A DNA stretch of 63,997 bases, the filler included, from Diploschistes diacapsis (lineage: Eukaryota), in NCBI GenBank assembly GCA_023645945.1. It is 6 parts of 6 records of this genome, joined end to end, with 100 filler letters (N's around TTAATTAATTAA, not from the genome) between each part and the next. Parts side by side here need not be neighbours in the genome. Positions count along the whole stretch, not along the records: positions 1 to 6,904 come from JALAIB010001338.1; positions 7,005 to 13,907 come from JALAIB010001339.1; 4 more parts are not named here. One strand, written 5' to 3'. Numbering within the stretch: the first letter of the stretch is position 1; each line of letters begins with the position of its first letter. The position numbers and the translations under genes were made by a program. This document shows positions 1 to 9,940 of this stretch, piece by piece. The notes under the pieces were generated by a model. That model had not been told where the DNA came from. It searched no databases and saw only the letters and a list, made by a program, of their open reading frames with translations.

Positions 1-1262
1 CCCGCCCCCCCCCCCCCCATTTTTTTTTTTCGAGCACCACGGTTACGATTTTCCTTACGTTGGGCAACAGCAACTGGATACATGCATTGTTTCTTCGATT
101 TTGGCGTTACACCATAGATGGGGATTTGCTCTCGCTACAAAATACCAGGATACCACTATAGACTTTTTGAGGCCTCACGGTCGACCTTGTGGCATTTTGA
201 TTTCTTTGGATATACGGGAATGAGCGCTTATACGATTGCTCTCGTTGGAGATTTGAGCAGTTGGCCAGGGATACTGGAGGCTCGGGTCACTCCTTGTCGC
301 GGCAGAGTTTGGTTCGTCGCAACTGTTCTTTGCGCCATGGCTTGGAAATTCGATGGTCGCTAGACGGGAGAGTGCAGAAGCACATAGGGCTGGTTCCCTG
401 TATCTGCACTTTTTGTTTTTAGATATGAGACAGACAAAACAAGAATCGTGCTCACTGCTACCTGCACATCCGGCCCAGTCTCGATAGTTCGTGATGAAAA
501 ACATCCCGCAAGTTTTCTGCCAAGCCCTTGGAATGCCATCGCTGCAGGTATGCCTGACCTATGGGGGGGTGGATTGGCTCGGGTGGAAAAGCAGCGCCAA
601 TGTTGCTTCAAAGACAACTCAACTTCAACACTTTTTCTATGCAATTTCCATGCATGTTACACAAGAGAGTCCCCGCGATCATATTCTGTAGATGCTTTTG
701 CCCCTTGCAGAGTCCACGGCCACAACGCACTGCATTCATTGTCTTGAAAGTCCTAGTTAGGCGGTAGACGTAGAATAAATATAAGAACCGAAGCCTCATC
801 GGTTTGCCGGGTGAGAGAACTAGTGCGTGGGTAGGCACATGTAGTAAGTAGTGGTACGTAGACTAGTCAACTAGTACCTGCTGCGTACCTAACCCAACTC
901 TCTCTCACTCTCTCTCACTCTCTTTTTCTCCTAGCGGCCGCAGGCTATCAAGCTGCAGCATATCGTCGCCGAGCCACCTTTCAGCGAACGTCATCTTCAG
1001 TCCACCCAAAGAAGTTTCAAGGAACTATCATTTCTGCACCGTCGGCCTCACCGCCTTCCATCTCCGACCTTGATGTGATCCGAACATATCTTTGGTTTTG
1101 TCATCACGCGCAGCTGTGGTGGAACAAAAAACAACTCGTGGCTAGAAACTCACGTCGGACCGGTTGCCTTACACAGACGGACTCGACTTGTAGCTCTCAC
1201 GCTTTTCGAAACTGTGCTTCTGGCGCCCGTCGCGGCTACCGGGCTTTGACGCCTTTACTCAA

Positions 1263-2118
1263 ATGGCGGACTCTACAAACACTCCCAAGCCGAGCAGCAG
1301 CGTCAAGCTAGTTTTGCTCGGCGAGGCAGCAGTGGGAAAGGTTCGCTGGACTTTTGGCCCCGCCCCCGAGGGCTTCGTTTTGTGCTAACTTTGGGTATTC
1401 TCATCACAGTCCTCGCTGGTTCTTCGCTTTGTGAACAATGATTTTCAAGAGAACAAAGAACCCACCATAGGAGGTCCGTCCCCAAGCTAGGGCCCCCAGT
1501 CGCTCGTTCATACGCACTGCTGATCTTCCAGCAGCTGCGTTCCTGACTCAGAAATGTCAACTTCCGGCGCGGACCATCAAGTTTGAAATATGGGACACGG
1601 CCGGACAAGAACGCTTTGCATCGCTCGCCCCAATGTACTACAGGAATGCGCAGTCGGCGCTTGTCGTCTACGACCTCACCAAGCCCACCTCCCTGGTCAA
1701 GGCCAAACACTGGGTTGCAGAACTGCAGCGTCAGGCGTCACCCGGAATCGTCATCGCTCTCGTGGGCAACAAGCTTGACCTGGCCGCCCAGGAGGGAGGA
1801 GGCCGGGCCACGGACGAGGATGAGGCCGGTGAGGCAGGCGAGGCAGCCCAGGATGGTGATGCTCGCAAGGTGAGCACGAAAGAGGCGAAAGACTACGCGG
1901 AAGAGGAAGGTCTCTTGTTCTTTGAAACATCTGCCAAGGACGGGACATGCGTACAAGAGGTCTTCACGGCAATTGCGAACGCCATCCCGGAAACGCAGTT
2001 GAAGAACACCCGCGGTCCTGGCGGGACAGGCCAGGGCGGTCAAGCTCGAGACGAATCCAGGGTCAACCTGAATAGCGGCCCTGGAGCGGCGGGCCCGAAG
2101 GATGGCTGCGCCTGCTGA
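1263..2118 (+). CDS. VPS21: Rab5-family small GTPase (Vps21/Ypt51, RabA-like), two introns
   Basis: ATG 1263 gives [26 protein letters not shown]. After GT-AG introns it continues [58 protein letters not shown] and ends in the CAC prenylation motif. Confidence 0.93.
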
Positions 2119-3049
2119 GAGGGCCTAGGAGGGTGTCCGGCGTCCTGCTTCGGTTTTTCTTGTGTCTGAGACACGAGCACTTTGTTCCTACATCCAGCAC
2201 GAATTTGATTTTCCGCCAAGCTATTCAAGTAGTTCTGGGATAGAACATTCCCATCATCTTTTCGTATGGCTTATCGTTATCTGCATCAAGTTGGGCCGAA
2301 CGATCCCGCGGGGTAAGACGTCCGTCTTCATAGGACTAGGTTGATCGAGTTTCACGGGGGACTATTCTCCTAGGCTCGTTTTGTGCAGAACCTACATCCT
2401 CCTACCAGTTGCGCTGGCCCTTTGGAGTTGCCACAATTTGAACGGCCCTCCCCCCCCCCAATATTTTGCTCTAAATTCAAGATCGAGGTGTTTTCATTCG
2501 GTAGGCAACCGATAGCGGTATGTCGGAGAATCCATCATCCCCATCATAGTCCCATTATCTTTGCGTTCCCCACGCCTTTTGTGGTCAATTCTTCAAATCA
2601 GAATAAGTGTATTTAGGGGCAGGGATTGGGAAGACCGATTGAGACTTTTGCATTTCGATTCTCAGACTTCCTCTTACCACGTTATATGCTTTAAAGGTTC
2701 TTGGCGGCAATCACATCTTTCTCTCACACCCTGTCACGAAATGAGTCTTCTGTTATTACTTGAAGCATACTAGAACCCGTTTCACACAGCGCACGCAAAG
2801 AACATTGCTCCTTACTCCCTTTCCTCGTATGGCTGATCGGGGGCTTGTCTCTCAAGAAGCTTGGAGCCCTGCCATTCAAGTCGACGGCTAGGCGGACATG
2901 AAAACAGCTTGTATACTCCAGGGCATGGCCGAACGCTCCACTCCACGCTTAGGTAGCCCTAGATGTGGGGGAGAACATCGTTCCTTTAACGGTAGTAGCA
3001 CACACATCAGGCCGTTGTACGGTTCATTTTTCCATGCATAATAAATAGG

Positions 3050-3088
3050 TTGGTAGGTAGGTAGGTAGGTAGGTAGGTAGGTAGGTAG
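3050..3088. repeat. (GGTA)n microsatellite
   Basis: Tandem GGTA/TAGG units read directly from the sequence. Confidence 0.85.
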
Positions 3089-3775
3089 TAGGCAATACCC
3101 CCTGGACTATGATACGGATTAATGTGCTTCCGGCGGCTTCATTGATTGACCGAATTGTAAAGAAGAAAAGCGTGTGTACTACTAGGTGGTTAAGAACACA
3201 GCCTACTACCATGGGCTATAGGTACTTCATGGCCGGCTCGATATGATTGTTCTGGACAGGATTCCTTCATGGAAGCTCTCACCCCCGCATCTTGGTTGAG
3301 TAGGTAAGAAAGATCCGGCACCGAACGCTCTTTGTACTTCCAATGTATATACACTTAGCTTCTCCTGTCCCAAGTGCCGACAACTTCAAATGGCTTTGCG
3401 TCCCATTATCGGCGCTCAAGTCGTCTTGGTACATCTACTTGAGCTTGCATTGTGTTGCCGTCTCCACCGCCTTGGTGAAGTGCGCCCAAGTATGACGGTG
3501 AAAGTATCCGGCAGTTCGTCCTTTGCCCTCTACCGATGTGGAACCTCAATGCCGTCTTTCTCCTATCCAGAGGTCTCTCTCTGGAATTTCTTATAGCACT
3601 TCCCTTCACTCTATATACCATCTACCTAGCCTCCCAACCCTGAAGTCAATCCTTTCACGGCCTGGCTGGCAAATATTACCTACCTATGTGAGGTTGTGCA
3701 GTGGCGAAATCTGACCCTATTTTTCTCCTTTAATTTCCTTGTGGGGACTGACATCATTAAGAAAACGGCAGCATT

Positions 3776-5559
3776 ATGACTGAAGACGTTCTCGGGCTGC
3801 TTGGGAGGCACTGGGCCTCTGGTGTTCTACTGGCAATCGCAGTTTGGCTGACGGCTAACCGGTTTAATCATGGGCTTAACAAATATCACGGCCCCTTCCT
3901 GGCTTCTCTGACAGACTGGTGGAGATTCTTTGATGTATACAGCAGGCGCCCCGAGATCACCCACAAGAAGCTCCATCGCCAGTACGGGGACGTTGTTCGC
4001 CTTGGACCGAACACGCTGTCATTCGCCGACCCGAAGGCTATCAAGACCATCTATGGCCTCAACAGAGGTTTTCGAAAGGTAAAAGACAGCCCTCCGAATG
4101 AGCAGTGTGGTGGCTGACCTCCTGCAGTCGGGCTTCTACCCCGTACAGCAAGCCATCTCTAGGGGAGAGCGCTTGCCTTCCTTGTTCTCTACCACGGACG
4201 AATCTTTCCACGTACGGCTTCGACGGTCCGTGAACAGCGCCTTCTCCATGTCTGCTCTCGTGCAGTATGAACCGGGTGTTGATATCGGCATGAAGCACTT
4301 TTTGGACCAGACAGAGAAGTTTTATGTCGCCGGAGGTAAGCCTTGTAACTTTGCGCAGTGGTTGCAATACTACGCTTTTGATGTCATTGGCCAAATTACG
4401 TACAGCAAAAGTCAAGGTTTCGTGAACAGAAACGAGGATGTTGAAGGTATGGTGGGTTACCTGGTGAGGCTTTTCAGCTACGTGGCTCCAGTAAGCTGTA
4501 CCGTGTTGCGACCCGTCCGTGTTACAACTGCTGATATTCGAACGTTAGATTGGGTAGATTCCTTTGCTAGACACTTTGCTCCTCAAAATCCCATCATTCG
4601 CCTTCTAGACAAGTACGGCGTCAAGACGTTCGGTTTTCCTGTGGTGCCCTTTGCACGAACCCGAATGGCGGAGCGTCTTTCCGAAAAACGGGCTGCCAAG
4701 AACTCTAACAACGAAGCAGGGCCTGTGGCAAGGGACGATTTGTTATCGCAGTTTCTGAAAGCCAAGGAAAAGGGTGCTGCCTTTTTCCACGATGGACTCG
4801 TGCTTGTCATGGCAGTCTCAATGGCATTCGCAGGCTCTGAAACGACTGCCATCTCGCTCGCCGCGGTCTTCTACTACCTGCTTCGTGACAGAAGCTGCCT
4901 GGATCGCCTGCGCAAGGAGCTTGACGATGCAGTAGCAAGTGGCAAGCTTGAAGCTCGCGATGACGGCTTGACGTCCTGGTCAGACTCTCAATGTCTGCCC
5001 TATCTTGACGCTTGCATCAAGGAAGCTTTTCGTATGCACCCGGCGGCTGGGCTTCCCCTGGAGCGCGTGACCCCGCCTGGCGGAATCGAAATCTGCGGCG
5101 AAATGATACCAGGCAATACCATTGTGGGCTGCAGTGCTTGGATCATCCACAGGCGGCCTGAAGTATTCGGGGGTGACGTAGAGAAGTACCGGCCCGAGAG
5201 GTGGCTGGAGGTGAGTGATGACAAGAGAAAGGAGATGGATGGCACTCTCTTCCAGTTCGGGGCCGGATCTCGTACCTGTATTGGCAAAAATATCAGTCTA
5301 TTGGAGATACACAAACTCGTTCCTAGTTTCTTGAGACGGTTCGAGGTAAGTACCAATGCCGTTGGGGTTAGTATCATGAGCTAAAGTCATTTTGCGACAG
5401 ATCCGGTTTGTCGACCCATCGCAGGAGTGGAAGCTACACAACGCTTGGTTCGTTAAGCAACACAATTTTTTTACAATCTTCAGTCCTCGTCCTGTACACG
5501 AGTCGCCTACGTCGTCGAATGGGCGTCCTGGCAAAAAGTCAGGTTTCCATGTACAGTAG
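3776..5559 (+). pseudogene. Cytochrome P450 (pisatin demethylase-like), probably disrupted
   Basis: N-terminal membrane anchor, AGSETT I-helix, EAFR (ExxR), RPERW and heme motif FGAGSRTCIG. Inferred introns 4079-4127, 4491-4548 and 5346-5400. Splicing intron 2 gives IG*IPLLDTLLLK (TAG 4555-4557) and then a 1-nt frameshift near 4585-4588. Confidence 0.7.
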
Positions 5560-6136
5560 CGACCTTGCAATATGTTCGGCATAAGATACGAGGGATGATC
5601 ACAACAACGAGCAGCATAGTATGGTGCTGTTTTACGGTTCTTCTTGGTCATGCCACGGTAGGTTGATCAAGCGCATGTTGATAGTCGCAGCATTGGCCCT
5701 GATCGAGCTCAATGAGCCTCTACTTGAAAATCGTTGGATGGCCGTAGGTCTTAGATATGCTCGAATCAAAGTATAACTCCAAAGTGGTGTATTCCTGATA
5801 GAATACCAAGACCTCGCGCTGATGTCATCTGATTATGGATATGTAATTCTGTCCGCTGAATGAAACTGATAGTCTCCTTTAAACCAACTTTTTTAAACTT
5901 TGAACGTTCGTGATTCTCTTCTGCCTTCATTGCATCCAAGGGGGATCCCCCGGCCCGCATCCGGGGGAAAGAATTGGTTTATAACAAGGTGGCAGAGCGG
6001 CTTCAATGACGTACATACATGTCGAAACTCGACATTGTTTTTTGTTTCCGTGATACGATACACAGCCGTGCTTGCTACACCTTAACTTCTTACCAACTCA
6101 GGCTATAGACTCCACCCATTTCTTTCACTAATTCTA

Positions 6137-6904
6137 ATGTCCTCTCAACCGCTTCGCCGTAATGGCGTCCCGAAGTCGACATCCCCTACGTCCCTCTCAT
6201 CCGCCCCCAAACAAAGGTCAACGCCCGCGGCTGCCTCCTCGCCGCAACAGACGCGAGCAACGTCCTACCTTTTGACCCTGCCCAACCTCGCGCTCGCCGC
6301 GCTCTACCCGTGCATCCTCGCGCTCGGCTCCCTCACATCCGAGCTCTCCCCCTCCACGCGCTCCACGCCCTACAGCTCCACGACGCAGTCCCACCCGCCG
6401 CACCTCGCGCCCTCGTACTTTGCGCGCAAGTCCAACGTCTTCAACCTCTACTTCGTCAAGCTCGCGTGGGCCTGGTACTCGGGCGCCTTCCTGCTCTTCC
6501 TGCTGGCCCACCCGCGCACGGGCCCGCCCCTGCAGCGCGGCTTCATGCTGACCCGACAGCGGCTGCAGGCGCTCGCGCGGTACGCGGTGGCCACGGCGTG
6601 GTGGTGCGGCGTCACGCAGTGGTTCTTCGGCCCGCCGCTCATCGACCGTGGCTTCAGGCTCAGCGGGGGCAGGTGCGAGATGGTGGACGCCGAGGGCGCG
6701 GATGCGGCGGGCGTGCGGGGCGGCGAGGTGCCGAAGCTCGTCACCGCCGTGGCGTGCAAGATGGCCGGGGGAGTCTGGAAGGGCGGATACGATGTCAGCG
6801 GGCACGTCTTCCTTTTGGTTCTGGGGAGCGCCTTTCTGTTGACGGAGGCCGGTCCCGCGGCTTTGGCGAAGTTGGGATGGGAGGAGGGAGGCGGGGTGGA
6901 GTTT
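6137..6904 (+). CDS. SCS3: FIT-family acyl-CoA diphosphatase / fat storage-inducing transmembrane protein, 3' truncated at contig end
   Basis: Motifs YFARKSNVFNLYFVK, TQWFFGPPLIDR and WKGGYDVSGHVFLL, plus several hydrophobic segments. Confidence 0.88.
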
Positions 6905-7004
6905 NNNNNNNNNNNNNNNNNNNNNNNNNNNNNNNNNNNNNNNNNNNNTTAATTAATTAANNNNNNNNNNNNNNNNNNNNNNNNNNNNNNNNNNNNNNNN
7001 NNNN
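6905..7004. other. Artificial contig-joining spacer
   Basis: N44-TTAATTAATTAA-N44, with stops in all six frames; the identical spacer occurs five times in the window. Confidence 0.97.
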
Positions 7005-7145
7005 TTTGTATAAGACTAAGTAGTCTCTTTACTTTTTCTTCATTTGGTATTATTAATAATTTAAAAACATGACTAACAAAATAACAAACAAAATAACTAC
7101 AGGCTACTATTTTATGTATTCTCCTACTCTACTTTTTTTACAACC
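7005..7145 (+). repeat. Left terminal inverted repeat (141 bp)
   Basis: TTTGTATAAGACTAAG...CTTTTTTTACAACC is the exact reverse complement of 13767-13907. The first mismatch is at 7146/13766. Confidence 0.95.
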
Positions 7146-9792
7146 CAAGCATCATAACTATTTCTCTGTTCAGAGTTCAAAACCAAGTAACAGACCTACT
7201 TTTATATCTAAACTTTTAGATAATCTTGAGGGTGGTAAATTAGAAAGTAATGAGCAAAGTCAAAGAAAAATTGAACAAACTACTATTGATGTTTTTGAAA
7301 CTAATTTTCTTGGTAACACTAAGGCTTATTTTGTTGGTGGTATAAACACACAATTATTAGGGTCTAAGTTAGCTCGTTATATCTTTGAGAGAGAAACCGA
7401 GATTATGTCTTATCTTAATAATTTTACAAAGCAGTTTAAAACTACTAGTAGTAAGAAAAGATATGCTGCTTTTATGAGTGAGATAATCAGAAATAGTGAT
7501 ATAAACTTTTTATACGGTTGTGTTGTTTTACTATATGTATTAGTTTACAATTATCAAAACACTGATGAAGAATCAAAATATTATCTTACACCTGTAGCTA
7601 TAGATATGGGTAAGAAAATAGTAAGAAAATATCTTAACACTTTAAGAAGTGAATATATAAAAGCTAACCAAAGCAAAACAGGTGTTTTAAGTTATTCTGA
7701 GTGATTTGAAATATGACAAACTAATAATCAGGCATATTATAATGTTCTAGATGATCCTTTATATTTGGAAATAGGTTGTAAAATTGTAGAAATATTAGAA
7801 CATACTAATATGATAGAGAAAGTATTGGTTCATACTTCGGATAAAAAGCATACACATATTCTAAAAATACAAGATGATATTATACGTAAAGATAATAGAT
7901 CCATTATTAAATTACCTAGCAAATTACCTATGATTGTAGAACCTAAAGATTATGCTGAGAATAAGTTGGGAGGTTATTTATTAAATAGTGTAAATTATAC
8001 AGAAAATTTGTTTATAGATAAAGTAGCTTATGGGACTGGATCAACAATATCTGAGGATAATAGTGTATACTCTATGGTTAACAATATGAATAAAACACCC
8101 TTTAAAATTAATATAGAATTATTAGATTTTATTAGATCTCATGGAGTTAAGCTGAATCTATTGACAGATCCTGATTATGTTCATCCATTTGCTGACCTTG
8201 AAAAAAAGACATTTTATCAAACAAAAGAATACACTTCTTATCAGAGTAAGCTTGTACTACAAGAAACTATATTAGATATAGCAGATTTCTACAGTAGATT
8301 TTCTCAAATATATATACCGGTTAGACTAGATCAAAGAGGTAGAGTATATTGTAGTCCTCAATATTTAAACTATCAGTCAAATGAACTATCAAAAGCTTTA
8401 TTACTTTTTGCAAATCCTGGTGTTTTAGTTAAGGGAAATCTAGACTCGGTTAAGTATTTAAAATCTTACGGTGCTAATTGTTACGGTGGTGAGCTAGGTA
8501 AATTAAGTGTTAATAATAAAGTAAAATGAGTGGATAATAATCTTCATAATATTATTAATTATAATAATGGTATTTTACTTAAAGAAGCTAAGGACAAATT
8601 ATTATTTCTCGCTTTTTGTATGGAATACAAACGATATAATGAATTTTTACACCAGGAAGAGATTATGGTTTTTCATACCTTTTTACCTGTTCAATTAGAT
8701 GCTACATGTAATGGTTTTCAACATATGGCATTGTTAAGTAATGAAGTTACGTTATTTAAGGAATTAAATCTTACTAGTATACATGATAAACATAATATAA
8801 TAGATACTAACAACATAGCACCAAATGACTTTTATAATTTCTTATTACATAAATTAATTACTTTATTTAAGGACAAAGTATCAAGTAATATTTTATATGA
8901 TGAACGTACAGGAGGTAGTTATGAAAGACTATCTAAATATATTTGACATAGAAGCAATGTAAAGAAAGCTATTATGACTATACCTTATAATACTTCTATT
9001 AGATCTATGAGAAAATATTTACGTGAAAGCTTAGCGGTGTTTGATTTGAGTAAATGTAAAGATGAAAAGTATGACAAAAGCCTTGTTTGATATGGTGATT
9101 CAAATAAAGAACTTTTACTTAATAACCACGATATTTCCTTATTGACTGATAGCCTATCTAATATAATTAAAAATGATTTCGAGAAAATTAAAAAGTTAAT
9201 TAGATATTTAAAGAATATAGCTACTTTACTAAATGTACTAGAATTACCTATTACATGAAATTTACCTAATGGTTTAGAAGTAAACCAGAGTTATTTAAAA
9301 ACTAAATCTACTTCTATCACACCTTTTATGTACAGCAAAACTAAAATTAATTTAAGAGTTACTATTAAAAATAAATATGATAAGAATAAACAAATCAGAG
9401 CTTTAATGCCTAATCTTATACATTCTCTTGACGGAAACTCTTTAAATTTACTATATAATAGATTCTTTGATGAATTTCAAGGTATACCTCCCTTTTACTC
9501 GGTACACGATTGTTTTGGTACTACTTTTGAAAAAGTGAATACATTAAAAACTCTTTTAGCTTCAGTTTATACGGATTTATATACAAATGATTCCTATATA
9601 CACGTATTTGACGAGTCAATAGTTAATACTATTAAAACTCATACTAATTATTATTTTGATGATACAACAAGAATTCTTAAGTTATCTGGAGATAATACAT
9701 ACGAACTACATGATGTACAATGAGTTGTTAACAATAAAGATGTTAAAGAATCAGTAGCAAAGAAAATTGATTCCCAAAATATACTAATTTAG
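7069..9792 (+). CDS. rpo: Plasmid-encoded single-subunit T3/T7-like DNA-directed RNA polymerase, 907 aa (genetic code 4)
   Basis: Track ORFs 7069, 7765, 8530 and 9328 share one frame, separated only by TGA codons (7702, 7714, 8527, 8944, 9088, 9256, 9721); true stop TAG 9790-9792. Motifs: LDQRGRVY, motif A QLDATCNGFQH, motif B RSNVKKAIMTIPYN, ITWNLPNGLEVNQSY, PNLIHSLDG, motif C SVHDCFGT. Confidence 0.95.
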
Positions 9793-9902
9793 TTTAAAAT
9801 TTAATTTCAAAAAAAAAAACAAAAAAAAAAAAAAACCCTATATATAAGCTATAATTAAACTTATAAGATAGGTAAAAAAAAACAACAAAAAACTGTTTTT
9901 AT

Positions 9903-9938
9903 GGAGTACTCTCTCAAAAAGAGTACTCCTTTTTTTTT
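9903..9938 (+). terminator. Stem-loop plus T-tract between the convergent plasmid genes (putative intrinsic terminator)
   Basis: 10-bp stem GGAGTACTCT (9903-9912) / AGAGTACTCC (9920-9929) with a 7-nt loop, followed by T9 (9930-9938). Upstream A-tracts would give T-runs on the minus strand. Confidence 0.6.
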
Positions 9939-9940
9939 GT

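Noticed and set aside
1..1262. Short ORFs upstream of VPS21
   Set aside because: No recognisable motifs; overlapping short ORFs consistent with chance.
6949..6960. Repeated TTAATTAATTAA as a biological repeat, target-site duplication or CRISPR-like unit
   Set aside because: Always centred in identical N-runs; it is a six-frame-stop linker.
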